DNA from: Chthoniobacteraceae bacterium
GTDB taxonomy: Bacteria; Verrucomicrobiota; Verrucomicrobiia; Chthoniobacterales; Chthoniobacteraceae
DNA: 64,000 bases
Direction: 5' to 3'
Assembly (NCBI GenBank): GCA_031409655.1
Contig: JANNXQ010000032.1
Location: 35,984 to 99,983, forward strand
The notes beneath the pieces were generated by a model. The model saw nothing but the letters and a program-made list of their open reading frames with translations. It ran no database searches and was not told the origin of the DNA. Both the position numbers and the translations under genes were made by a program. Shown here piece after piece: positions 37,753 to 47,186 of this stretch; the first letter of the stretch is position 1, and each line of letters opens with the position of its first letter.

Positions 37753-39303
37753 TCACTCCTCCGCGGCGAGCGTCTCGAGGCGCGTGCCGATCAACCCGTG
37801 CAGGATGACCGTGCCGAAGAAGAGCGCGGCGATGAGTGGGATCAGCCCGCCGATATCGCGGAAGATCATCGTGACGACGGCGCTCGCGAAGATCTGCACG
37901 ACGAAGTTGATCCCGAATGCTGCGGCCAGGGCGCCGCGCTTCATCCAGAGTGAAAGCCAAGCCACGAAGTGCAGAAAAAAGAGCAGCTGCGCCAGTGCGT
38001 ATGCGCAGAAGAGAAACGCATTTGTCCCTGTGGTATCCAGATTGCGAATGAGGTCTGGCCAGACGAGGAGGGCGCCGAGCGCCGCGTAAGTCGCGGCAGG
38101 GATGAGCGTCGGGAGGCAGCCGAGAATTTTGCTGTAAGCGATCTGCCGAATGCTCATCGGCAGCGTCGCCAGCGAGGAGAGCGTCTTCCATTGCCGTTCG
38201 ATGCGGAAGACGCGGGCCGCGGCGAAAGCCATCTCCAGCGCGAGCACCGCCAGCATCCAGCCCAGCATCGTCCCGCCGATCTCATCCCAGTCTGACGGTC
38301 CGCCCCACCTCGTCGGCGAGAATCGCATGCTCGCGAAGGGCAGGATGTAGAGGCCGAACTTCGCCGCGATCGCAGTCTTCCCGCCCGCGACAAAGTAGAA
38401 ATCCTTCCACGCCAGAGCGCGATTCCACGCCCGCCCCGCACCCGTCCGGCGGAAGATCGACGTGCTCCGCGCCAGCGCGCCGCGCGACGGTCCGGCCTCG
38501 GCTTGCTCGTTGCAGAAAACATCGAAGACCGCCCACGCGAGCAGGAAGCACCCGGCGCCGAGCACGAGATTGCTCCCGATCTGCCAGCACCACGGACCTT
38601 CCGCAAAGCCAGTCCGCAGAATCTCCGTGAGCCGCTTGAAAGGCGACGCCTCCGAGATCCAGCCGGCGACCGTGTCCAGCGTCGTGACCCAGGGGGCGTC
38701 GCGCACCGTCGCACCGAAACGCCGCGCCAGCCCGGTGACGAAACTAACGACCGGCACGATCACAAAACCCACGATGAGCACCAGCGCGGTGAGCACTGCC
38801 GCCGCGCTGCTCCGGCGGCAGACGACGGAGCAGAGCAACGCCAGATTACTGAGGAAAACGATGAACGCACCCAGCGTGCAGTAGCAGGCGAGGATCTGGC
38901 CGACGCTCACGCCGCCGAGCGAGACGGCGAGCAGGGTGAAAGGAAACTGCGCGATTAGCAGGAGCAGCGCACCGAGCACGCGGCTGGTCGATTTTCCGAG
39001 GAGGATCGAGAGCGGGTTCAGATTCGTCATCCGCAGCAGGCCGAGGGTCATCTCTTCCTTTTCCTCCGTGATCGCGGACGAGAAATAACTCAGCCCCGCG
39101 AGGACGATGAAGCAGCAGTTGATCGTCATCACCGTCTGGAAAAAGCGCAGCCCTGGAGCATTCGACCAACCCATCTGCAACTGCGTAAAAGAGAGGAAGA
39201 GCAGGATCACAATGATCAGCCCGCTGCGCGCAAAGTAGGTGAGCTTTGCGCGGACATCTTCGCGCATGGACCGGGCGAAAAGAGCGAGGAGCGGGGAGGT
39301 CAT
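37753..39303 (-). CDS. ABC-2 type permease (module 2)
   Basis: ITEEKEEMTLGLL.MT.L....I.LGK; second repeat ERQWKTLSSL..LP; many TMs. Confidence 0.85.
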   Translation of the reverse strand: MTSPLLALFARSMREDVRAKLTYFARSGLIIVILLFLSFTQLQMGWSNAPGLRFFQTVMTINCCFIVLAGLSYFSSAITEEKEEMTLGLLRMTNLNPLSILLGKSTSRVLGALLLLIAQFPFTLLAVSLGGVSVGQILACYCTLGAFIVFLSNLALLCSVVCRRSSAAAVLTALVLIVGFVIVPVVSFVTGLARRFGATVRDAPWVTTLDTVAGWISEASPFKRLTEILRTGFAEGPWCWQIGSNLVLGAGCFLLAWAVFDVFCNEQAEAGPSRGALARSTSIFRRTGAGRAWNRALAWKDFYFVAGGKTAIAAKFGLYILPFASMRFSPTRWGGPSDWDEIGGTMLGWMLAVLALEMAFAAARVFRIERQWKTLSSLATLPMSIRQIAYSKILGCLPTLIPAATYAALGALLVWPDLIRNLDTTGTNAFLFCAYALAQLLFFLHFVAWLSLWMKRGALAAAFGINFVVQIFASAVVTMIFRDIGGLIPLIAALFFGTVILHGLIGTRLETLAAEE

Positions 39304-39448
39304 TTGGACTGCGGTGACTTGTCACCGCTTTGTGGTGGCGGAAACTTGTTTCCGGAGGTGGGGTCTGGCGGATCGCAGCGAATCTCCCGCCGCCACTGCG
39401 GACAAGTCCGCACCCCCACAAAGCGGCGACAAGTCGCCGCAGTCCAAA
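39303..39448. repeat. REPIN-like element (family C) TTTGGACTGCGG...CCGCAGTCCAAA
   Basis: Arms TTTGGACTGCGGTGACTTGTCACCGCTTTGTGG / CCACAAAGCGGCGACAAGTCGCCGCAGTCCAAA with two internal degenerate units. Confidence 0.9.
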
Positions 39449-39460
39449 GCGCGGCGGCTC

Positions 39461-39578
39461 GTTCGATGTTCGATGTTCGACGTTGGATGTTCGATGTTTG
39501 TCCTGACGCGCAGGTGGATGCCTTGCTGCACCGACCGAAGAACATCGAACGTCGAACACTGAACATCGAACATCGAAC
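39461..39578. repeat. Inverted heptamer element (GTTCGAT)n ... (ATCGAAC)n
   Basis: About five heptamers per arm; same unit at 49062 and 55650. Confidence 0.9.
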
Positions 39579-39592
39579 GGCCTTGGCCCCGC

Positions 39593-40567
39593 TCACGTCC
39601 GCACCCCCGGCTCGGTGAGGTCCATGAAGGCTTGGTTCAGATGCTTCACGTCTTCCTGGAAACTGACCACTTCGCCACCAGCGGTGAGCGCGGCCTGGAG
39701 GATGGCGTTCACCGGGAGTTGCGCGCGGTCGAAGGTGAGGGTGTAGCGGGCGGCGTGGCCATTTTCATTTGGCAGTGGCGGGGCGACGCGGGCCATGCCG
39801 GGCAGGAGGGAGAGCGCAGTGGCCGTGGCGGGATGTTCGGCGGCGAGCGCGAGCTGGTAGTTGGCAGTGGTGCCGTCGCCATTGGCAATCAGGCCGCGCA
39901 TGGTGCCGGTGTATTTCACGGTGCCGCGATCGAGGATCGTCACGTGATCGCAGAGCGTGGCGAGCTCGCTGAGGATGTGGCTGCTGATGAAGATGGTTTT
40001 CCCCAGCCGGCGCAGTTCTTCGAGGATTTCCATGAGCTCGATGCGGGCCCGTGGGTCGAGGCCGCTGGCGGGTTCATCGAGCAGGAGCAGATCGGGATCG
40101 TGGACGAGCACTCGGGCGAGGCTCACGCGCTGTTGCATCCCGCGGGAGAGACCGTTGATGAGGTCGTCTTTTCGGCCCGTCATGTCCGTGAGCGCGAGCA
40201 CGTCGCCGATGGTTTTGTCCCGCTGCGCCTGGCCCAGCCCGTAGGCCGCGCCGAAGAAGTCCAGGTACTCGAAGACGGTCATCTGCCGGTACATCGAGAA
40301 GTGATCCGGCATGAAGCCGATCTTGCGCCGGACTTCATTGCGCCGCGCCACGAGATCCTGGCCGAAGATGCCGATCGACCCCGCTTGCGGCTTGAGCAGC
40401 GTGGCGAGGACCTTGAGCGTGGTGGTCTTGCCCGCGCCGTTCGGGCCGACGAAGCCGTGGATGGATTGCCGCTGCACGGTGAAGGTCACGCCGGCGACGG
40501 CTTGGTGGGTCTTGTAGCGATGGCGCAGGTCGCGGATGTCGATGGCGGGAGTCGGATCGGTGATCAT
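39593..40567 (-). CDS. ABC transporter ATP-binding protein (module 2)
   Basis: GPNGAGKTT, LSRGMQQR, LLLDEPASGLDP, SSH. Confidence 0.95.
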   Translation of the reverse strand: MITDPTPAIDIRDLRHRYKTHQAVAGVTFTVQRQSIHGFVGPNGAGKTTTLKVLATLLKPQAGSIGIFGQDLVARRNEVRRKIGFMPDHFSMYRQMTVFEYLDFFGAAYGLGQAQRDKTIGDVLALTDMTGRKDDLINGLSRGMQQRVSLARVLVHDPDLLLLDEPASGLDPRARIELMEILEELRRLGKTIFISSHILSELATLCDHVTILDRGTVKYTGTMRGLIANGDGTTANYQLALAAEHPATATALSLLPGMARVAPPLPNENGHAARYTLTFDRAQLPVNAILQAALTAGGEVVSFQEDVKHLNQAFMDLTEPGVRT

Positions 40568-40605
40568 TAAGGGCTTACATATTCATCCGACTCCGGCTCG
40601 TTTTG

Positions 40606-40690
40606 GAACCGCGAAGCGGCGAAGGAGCGAAGGTGGAAGAGACGATGGTATCCAAAGCATTCTCTTCGCTCCTTCGCTCCTTCGCGGTTC
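40606..40690. repeat. Inverted repeat (family D) GAACCGCGAAG-(GAGCGAAG)n ... (CTTCGCTC)n-CTTCGCGGTTC
   Basis: Arms 40606-40633 and 40664-40690. Confidence 0.85.
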
Positions 40691-40707
40691 ACACCCAAGT
40701 GCGGGCG

Positions 40708-42435
40708 TCATGGGCGGAAGATATCCTGCACGTAGAGCACGTAGCCATTCTCCTTGGTGAAACCCTCCCCGCGCATCCGGAAGCCTTCCGGCGCGCGGGC
40801 GAAGATCCAGAGCTGGCCTTGATCCGGCGGCAGCGGGCGTTGCGGGATGGATTGTTGAAAGCTCTCCGTCCCGCCAATCGCGCGGGCCTGGAGCAAGGGG
40901 AGCATTGCGCGCAGTGAATCTGCGGCCAGCTTTTCCGCGGACTCGCCGAAATAGGATTGCGTCAGGGGCTGAAGGACGTCTTTCCCAAAAGCCATCGACA
41001 TCGAACTCGAACCAGAGGCGACGAGTGACCAGTGCGCATCCTTCCGCTCCATGGCGTACATGTAATCGCCGTGGCGCAGATGCATCGCTTTTACTTCGCG
41101 GGGAAAACCCGGCCCCGGCGAGACCGTGAACTCTTTCACCGAGGCTCCGTTCAACTCCCACTTCCCGACCGTCACGCTGGTGTCGTCGCCCTGCATCACG
41201 GCGCGATGCACGAAGGGCCGTGCCGAGTAGAGCGGGATGTCAATCAGGAAGCGGCCTTCGCGTCCGTTGAAGATTCGCCCGCGCACGCCATCCGATTGCG
41301 GGACCGCCGAGTAGTAGCTCGCCGACGATTCGTGGCGCAGCGTGTAGAGATCGCCGCGGGTGGCAAAGGCGCTGATCCACTGCATCGTGTCGCAGCGTCC
41401 GCCGCCAAGCGCGCGGGCGATGGTGAGCGAGTGGACCGTCTGACTTTCCCCGTAGCCGCGCCGGCCGACGACGGCAAAAAGCCAGCCAAAGACCGCGACC
41501 GTCCCGAGGAAGAGGCCGATGGAGAGCCGGTAATCGAGGCGGCGTGCCCAGCGAAACTGCGCCGGCCCGACGAGGAGCAGATAGACGAAGGCGAAGGAAT
41601 TCAGCAGCCACCAGCTCACCTTCGGACGGGTGAGGGACGCGAGCCGGGTGAAGAGGGTTTGCTCAAGGTCATAGATCACGGGCTCCTGGCCCTTCTTGAG
41701 TTCCGGCGCGGAAAATCCGCGATCGGAGAAGAGCGTGTCACCCGCGTCCCGCCGCGTCTTTGGCACGCGAAGCACCGTGCCCGCGCCGACGCGCCCCCAC
41801 TCACCCTCGATATTCAGCACCGCGAGCGCTTCGTCGAATTGCGGATACGCACCGCCCGCGCCATGCAACACCGCCACCACGCCACCGCGGCGGAGCCAGT
41901 CCAGGAAAGCGTCACGACGTGCGGCTTCCCAGCGCGGCTGGTAGTCGAGCGCCACGGCGTCGAGTCCGTCCGTCACCGCCACACTCGTCGGAAAGAGATC
42001 GTCGGGAAACGCGCGGAGGCTGCCCGCGCCGGCGAAGGGATTCGCCGGATCGGTGAGCAGCACCCGCGCGGGCGGCGCGCTCGCCGGGCTCGGAATCTCC
42101 GTGCTCTCCCTCGGCCCGCGTCCCCAGTTCAGCCGAAACTCCGTGCCCTCCCGCACGAAGATCTGAAATTGCACCCACCGCTCCTGCTGCGCCGCGAGAT
42201 ACACCGGCTGCACGACTTCCGCGTCGCGCACATTGAGCCCCCGACTTTCCTCCAGCGCCACTTCGCCATCGAAAGGCCGCGCGCTCGGATTCGCGATCAG
42301 GATCGAAACCGGGTTGAAGCGATTCGGCACCGTGCGTCCGTCGAAGCCCCAGAAGGTCTGCCGCACCTCCAGCGCCCGCGCCGGCAGATCCAGCAGGAAA
42401 AAGAGCGCAACGATCAACGGCCCGAGGCGGAGCAT
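40708..42435 (-). CDS. Secreted/membrane accessory protein of ABC module 2 (GATase-like segment + 2 TM)
   Basis: Signal peptide from ATG 42435 (in-frame GTG 42495 also possible); DGLDAVAL...WLRRGG; YLLLVGP TM hairpin; paralog of 45262-47121. Confidence 0.8.
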   Translation of the reverse strand: MLRLGPLIVALFFLLDLPARALEVRQTFWGFDGRTVPNRFNPVSILIANPSARPFDGEVALEESRGLNVRDAEVVQPVYLAAQQERWVQFQIFVREGTEFRLNWGRGPRESTEIPSPASAPPARVLLTDPANPFAGAGSLRAFPDDLFPTSVAVTDGLDAVALDYQPRWEAARRDAFLDWLRRGGVVAVLHGAGGAYPQFDEALAVLNIEGEWGRVGAGTVLRVPKTRRDAGDTLFSDRGFSAPELKKGQEPVIYDLEQTLFTRLASLTRPKVSWWLLNSFAFVYLLLVGPAQFRWARRLDYRLSIGLFLGTVAVFGWLFAVVGRRGYGESQTVHSLTIARALGGGRCDTMQWISAFATRGDLYTLRHESSASYYSAVPQSDGVRGRIFNGREGRFLIDIPLYSARPFVHRAVMQGDDTSVTVGKWELNGASVKEFTVSPGPGFPREVKAMHLRHGDYMYAMERKDAHWSLVASGSSSMSMAFGKDVLQPLTQSYFGESAEKLAADSLRAMLPLLQARAIGGTESFQQSIPQRPLPPDQGQLWIFARAPEGFRMRGEGFTKENGYVLYVQDIFRP

Positions 42436-42491
42436 GTGGCGGCAGCGTAGAGGTTCCCCACCGCGGCGCGCAATCCGGGACACCGACAACT

Positions 42492-44318
42492 TCACCGCCG
42501 GAGGTAGTGATCCGCGCGAGTCAGGCACAGGGAGCGGATGAAAAGAAACACGTGAAAGTAGAAGAGGAAGTTGATGACGATCAGCGGCCAGACGCTTCCC
42601 AAGGGCGTGCCAAGGCTGCGGATTTCCGATCCCTCATTGAGCACGAGCAGGCAACCGGGCGAGAGGAGGTAAAGATAGTCGAGCGTTTCCCGGGGGAGGG
42701 AGAGCGGCAGCTTTTCCAGACCTAGCGCGAGGAGCAGCGGCACGCCGCCGCACCAGGCAGCGAGGGCTCCGACGGCGGTGGCGATGGCCCGGAAACGGGT
42801 GCGCGCGCGGAGTCCGATCCAGAGTGCGAGCCACGAGAACAGCGGGAGATAGATGACAACGCTGAGCACCACGCACACGGCGTAGACGGTTGGTCCGTCG
42901 CTCCCGATTCGGAAATCTCGTTGGCGGAACCCTGAGAGGTAACCCCACTCATTGCTCCACTCCGCGACGCCCAGCGTGAGCAGCGGAATCCCGAGCACGA
43001 GCGCCATCCGGCGGAGCGCGTGGGCTTTCTCGGCCACGATTTTGGCGGCGCTCAGCGGCGTGGTGAGGAGCACGTCGAGCGATTGCTGCACGCGCTCGGA
43101 GACGATGGTGTTGGCCGATTGGACGGAAAGAAAAAGCGCGGCGACGATCCAAGCGAGGACGGTGAAAATCGTGAAGGTGTCGTTGTCGCGTCCGGAGTCG
43201 CCGACACCTGCGACGAACCACACACCGCCGACGAGCACCTCGAGCACGAGGAGGATACGCACGAGGTGGTGTGGCTGGCCGAGTCCGGTGCGCGTCGTCT
43301 CGCGCCAGGAGATGGGAGCATACACGGGCAGCGCGTCCCGGGCGCGCAGCACCAGCACATTGCCGAAGCGCCGATTGCCGCGCGTCATCACGGCATCGAG
43401 CCAGCGGAAAACGCGCCGGAACCAATTGCCCGGCGGCGCAAAAGCGCGCCGCACCAAACCGACTCGGGCGACCACCATCAGCAACGCGATTGAAACGAGC
43501 AGCCCGGCACTTTTGAAGAGTACCGCCGGGATCACCGCATCGCCGCTCGCGCTTAATATCCGCAGCAGATCTTCGCGGAGGTGGACGAGGAGGAGCAGGG
43601 GATTGAAGTGAGCCCCAACGTCCACACCGATCGCGAAGCTGGAATTGCGCATCGCGAACAGCAGAAAGATCGGCCCGGCATAGAGCAGGATGGCCAAGAG
43701 ATACGTTAGCACGAACGCCGAAACCGTGGTCCGGCACCACGCCGAGCAGGCCAGGGCCAGCGCGCCGAGCTGCAGGCAGGCGAGCGCGAGCACCCAGACG
43801 CACATGAAGAGCTCCCGGAGCTCAAGACCGCCGAGAGAATATGCCACGGCACCGAGCGGCACGCCGAGGAGGAGGAAGGTGAACATCGGCACGAGCCCGC
43901 CGAGATATTTCTGGAGCACGATTTGCCACGGGCGCAGTTCGGTGAGGAAGAGCAGCACCAGCGAGTCGCGCTCTTTTTCCTCGGTGATCCGCCCGCACAT
44001 CAGCGCGGGGAGGAAGAGCGCGATGGCGCCGAGTTCGAGATAGAGCAAGAGCTCGAAAAGCTGGCGGCCGGCACCCAGCATCCCGGTGGTGGCGGTCGTT
44101 CCCGCCCAGAAAAAATTTGGCACCGAGAGCGCGAACAGACCGTAGAGCAGCACGGCAAAGAGAACGCGCAGCACGTAGGTGCGGCGCCGGGCGGCGGTCT
44201 CGGTGAGTTCCTTCGTGAGCAGCGGGAGCGAGAAGAGCGCGCGCAAGGAGAAGGGGCGCCCTCGCCCCGTCGCTGCTGAAACTGGGGGCGGTGGCGCCCC
44301 TGCTCCTTGGGCGGTCAC
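42492..44318 (-). CDS. ABC-2 type permease (module 1)
   Basis: PLLTKEL...RRRTY, ITEEKERDSLVLL.LT, IVSERVQQSLDVLLTTPL; GTGA-coupled start. Confidence 0.85.
   Translation of the reverse strand: MTAQGAGAPPPPVSAATGRGRPFSLRALFSLPLLTKELTETAARRRTYVLRVLFAVLLYGLFALSVPNFFWAGTTATTGMLGAGRQLFELLLYLELGAIALFLPALMCGRITEEKERDSLVLLFLTELRPWQIVLQKYLGGLVPMFTFLLLGVPLGAVAYSLGGLELRELFMCVWVLALACLQLGALALACSAWCRTTVSAFVLTYLLAILLYAGPIFLLFAMRNSSFAIGVDVGAHFNPLLLLVHLREDLLRILSASGDAVIPAVLFKSAGLLVSIALLMVVARVGLVRRAFAPPGNWFRRVFRWLDAVMTRGNRRFGNVLVLRARDALPVYAPISWRETTRTGLGQPHHLVRILLVLEVLVGGVWFVAGVGDSGRDNDTFTIFTVLAWIVAALFLSVQSANTIVSERVQQSLDVLLTTPLSAAKIVAEKAHALRRMALVLGIPLLTLGVAEWSNEWGYLSGFRQRDFRIGSDGPTVYAVCVVLSVVIYLPLFSWLALWIGLRARTRFRAIATAVGALAAWCGGVPLLLALGLEKLPLSLPRETLDYLYLLSPGCLLVLNEGSEIRSLGTPLGSVWPLIVINFLFYFHVFLFIRSLCLTRADHYLRR
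44244..44309. repeat. REP-like palindrome (family A), in frame at the permease N-terminus
   Basis: CAAGGAGAAGGGGCGCCCTCGCCCC ... GGGGCGGTGGCGCCCCTGCTCCTTG, 66 bp. Confidence 0.85.
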
Positions 44319-45265
44319 GCCGTCTTGCCCTCGGTGAGTTTCATGAAGGCCGTCTCCATATCCATCGCGTCCGGCTGGAACATACGGACGCGGGCGCCAA
44401 GGCCGCAGAGCGCGGCGTGGAAATCCTCAATGCTGCATTCGTCTTCGCGGAGCTGTACGGCCAGCCGGTCGGACTGCTCTTCGACGCTCGCGACATGGGG
44501 GAGCGCACGGATCCTGGCGGCGAGTTCCGGCGTCTGATTCGCGAGCTGGAGATGCACCGTGCGGCGCAGGCTGAGCGTGCGGAAGATGTCCGCGAGCGAG
44601 CCGTGCGCGATCATCTTCCCAGCCTCGATGATCCCGATGCTGGAGCAGAACTGCGCGAGCTCATGCAGGATGTGCGAGGAGACGATGATGGTCTTGCCCA
44701 TCGCCTGGAGTTCCTTGAGCAACTCGCGCATCTCGATGCGCGCCCGCGGATCGAGGCCGCTCGCCGGCTCATCGAGCAGGAGCAGATCGGGATCGTGCAG
44801 GAGCACGCGCGCGAGGCTGAGGCGCTGCTTCATCCCGCGTGAGAGTCCGTCCACCGGCGCGTCGTGCTTTTCCGAAAGATCCGTGAGCGCGAGCACGTCG
44901 GCGATGAGCGCCTTCCGCCGCGCGGGCGCGATGGCGCAGGCGGCGGCGAAAAAGTGCAGGTACTCGCCCGCGGTGAGATCGTCATACACGCCGAAGAAAT
45001 CCGGCATGTAGCCGATCTTGCGGCGAACGAGCGGCGCGGCGCGCACGGCGTCCAGGCCATCCACGATGGCGCGCCCGCCGGTGGGCTTCAGCAGGGTGGC
45101 GAGCACCTTGATCGTCGAAGTTTTCCCCGCGCCATTCGGCCCGATGAAGCCGAAGATTTCCCCGCGCGCGATGGAGAAGCTGAGTCCGCGCACCGCCTCG
45201 GTGCTGCCGTAGCGCACGGTGAGATTTTCGAGGACGACGAGCGGCGTGGTGGTGCTGGGAGTCAT
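44315..45265 (-). CDS. ABC transporter ATP-binding protein (module 1)
   Basis: GPNGAGKTS, LSRGMKQR, LLLDEPASGLDP; close paralog of 39593-40567. Confidence 0.95.
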   Translation of the reverse strand: MTPSTTTPLVVLENLTVRYGSTEAVRGLSFSIARGEIFGFIGPNGAGKTSTIKVLATLLKPTGGRAIVDGLDAVRAAPLVRRKIGYMPDFFGVYDDLTAGEYLHFFAAACAIAPARRKALIADVLALTDLSEKHDAPVDGLSRGMKQRLSLARVLLHDPDLLLLDEPASGLDPRARIEMRELLKELQAMGKTIIVSSHILHELAQFCSSIGIIEAGKMIAHGSLADIFRTLSLRRTVHLQLANQTPELAARIRALPHVASVEEQSDRLAVQLREDECSIEDFHAALCGLGARVRMFQPDAMDMETAFMKLTEGKTA

Positions 45266-47121
45266 TGGAAAAAGAGGCGGCGATAAATCTGAATGTCAGT
45301 GCCCACGCGACGCACGGCGACGAGCAGCCACTGGCGAGGATCGTGGCGATCGCTCATCCCGAGGTCTTCGCAGAGCGCGTTACCGTTGGGGGCGATGGCT
45401 TCGATCGGTGCATCCTCGGCGTCCATGCCGATGGTCCTCTTCACGAAAGGTGCGGGAAATTCCCTCGACCCTTGGTGGTAGAATAACGAACCATGATCCA
45501 CGATCGAAAACTGATGCACGGTCGATACCTGCCAGCCATGCGCCTCTTCTCGCAATTTCGCGCCGTCGGTTGGCTTTTTCCAGTTTGATTCCGAGGGCTC
45601 GAAAAGATCCCACGGCAGCCCAGAGTCGTCCTTGCCGCCGAAGGCAAGAGTTCGCACGATCGACGGCGACCATTGCTGCAACGAACGCTGCAATTCGTAG
45701 CGCGCGGGAAATTGTCCGAGGTAACGCGGCGTGCGGTCTTCTCCGCTCCACGCCAGGCCTCGGTAGTCGGCGCGCATCGGGGGCAGCGGTACGGCCAGCG
45801 TTGCAACGAGGGTCTCGCTGACCGCGCGCGCGCGGGGAACTAGTGTAAGTTCAAAGCGATTCGTCCGCAGCACACGGCCATCGGGGCCGATATCCTTGAT
45901 CGTGACCGCGCCGCGATGGGCGGTCTGGCCGAGGGAACGATTGGCGAGGAAGATCGTCGCCGCGGTCGCCGCCAAGACCGCGACGGGAAAAAGCACCCAC
46001 GTCCAGCGCCGTGCCCGCAGCCGCCCCAGGAGCAGCCAGTCGAGCGGCCCGACCACCGCCACAAGGACCGCGAGGATGCCGAAGACCTGCCAGGCCGGGA
46101 GGAGCTGCACATTCCGCGGCATCAAGACCTGAAAGAAACTGGCCACGTCCTCGTTCTTGCGCCACCGGTTCCCGGCATTCACGGGAGTGCTGAGTTGGGT
46201 GGGCGCATTCGCGTCCCGAGCCCAAAGAAAATCCGCCGCCTTCGTCCATGACTCGTCCGAAACCGTGGATGCCAAAATCACGCACCGTCCCAGTCCCACG
46301 TAACCTCTGAGCATTCCTGGAGCACGACCGCCGCTGGCCTCGATCGGCACGCCGCCGCGACCCGCTGCGATGACGCGATCCAGCGCCGCACGTAGCTCGT
46401 CCGCATTTTCCGAGACACCGAGGAGCGCCAGACCACCGCCAGCTTCCAGCCAGCGGACCAGCGCTTCGGCAGAACGCGGGCGCAGTCGCTCGAGCGCGCT
46501 CTCCCGCAGGATCACGAGATCGAAGGCGCAGCAGACGAGCGGATCGACCGGAAAATCCTCGGGCTCGAAAAAGATCGGCGCGGTCGCGGTGGATTCGGCA
46601 TCGCTGCGCTTCGCCAAATCACGGGAACCCAACGGGCGAAGGCGATGCCACGTCGGCGTTCCGTCCGGCGCGTGCGTCTGACCTCCCGGCCCCGCGCAGA
46701 TGGCGATCACACTTCGGCGCTCCTCCCTACGTGCTTCCGGCGCAAAAGGCGCGGTGCCGAGCGCGATCCGCCCATTCGCCGTGAGGAAGGTGAGCGTCGC
46801 CTCGAGACCCAGGCCGGGGTAGCGCGGTGGCAGCGGCGGCGTGAGCAAGCGCAGGGTCTGCGGGCCACCGGTGAGGAAGACCTCTGGCGTCGTCCAGCGG
46901 AGCACAGGCTGGGTGTTTTGCGAGAGGGCGATCTCGACGCGTCCTTCCAGCAGACCCGCGCCGCGGTGCGTGAGCCGCAGATCGAAAAGCGCCGGCGCAC
47001 CACTTCGCGGCTGCATGGCGAGCGGCAGCACGTCGGCTTGCAAGGCGCCGGCACCGCGCGCGTCGGCCCCGACGAGCAAGAGCGCAAACAGGAGCAAGGT
47101 GAGCCTGGGAGGAGCCGCCAT
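45262..47121 (-). CDS. Secreted/membrane accessory protein of ABC module 1
   Basis: Signal peptide from ATG 47121 (in-frame GTG 47190 possible); FDLVIL...WLEAGG; VVGPLDW...WTWVLFP TM hairpin. Confidence 0.8.
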   Translation of the reverse strand: MAAPPRLTLLLFALLLVGADARGAGALQADVLPLAMQPRSGAPALFDLRLTHRGAGLLEGRVEIALSQNTQPVLRWTTPEVFLTGGPQTLRLLTPPLPPRYPGLGLEATLTFLTANGRIALGTAPFAPEARREERRSVIAICAGPGGQTHAPDGTPTWHRLRPLGSRDLAKRSDAESTATAPIFFEPEDFPVDPLVCCAFDLVILRESALERLRPRSAEALVRWLEAGGGLALLGVSENADELRAALDRVIAAGRGGVPIEASGGRAPGMLRGYVGLGRCVILASTVSDESWTKAADFLWARDANAPTQLSTPVNAGNRWRKNEDVASFFQVLMPRNVQLLPAWQVFGILAVLVAVVGPLDWLLLGRLRARRWTWVLFPVAVLAATAATIFLANRSLGQTAHRGAVTIKDIGPDGRVLRTNRFELTLVPRARAVSETLVATLAVPLPPMRADYRGLAWSGEDRTPRYLGQFPARYELQRSLQQWSPSIVRTLAFGGKDDSGLPWDLFEPSESNWKKPTDGAKLREEAHGWQVSTVHQFSIVDHGSLFYHQGSREFPAPFVKRTIGMDAEDAPIEAIAPNGNALCEDLGMSDRHDPRQWLLVAVRRVGTDIQIYRRLFFQ

Positions 47122-47186
47122 CTCCCTCGGAGACTGGCACACGGCTTTTCGTTCAAAAAGCACGATCCCTCGCCGCCGCCGAAACT

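Larger units (their letters stand above)
39300..39596 (-). other. Repeat-encoded 98-codon bridge ORF overlapping both flanking genes by 4 nt
   Basis: GTG overlaps the upstream TGA (39593-39596); its TGA overlaps the downstream ATG (39300-39303); translation unproven. Confidence 0.45.

Noticed and set aside
39461..39578. Possible CRISPR array in the heptamer tracts (also 49062 and 55650)
   Set aside because: 7-nt units, inverted arms, no unique spacers, no cas genes
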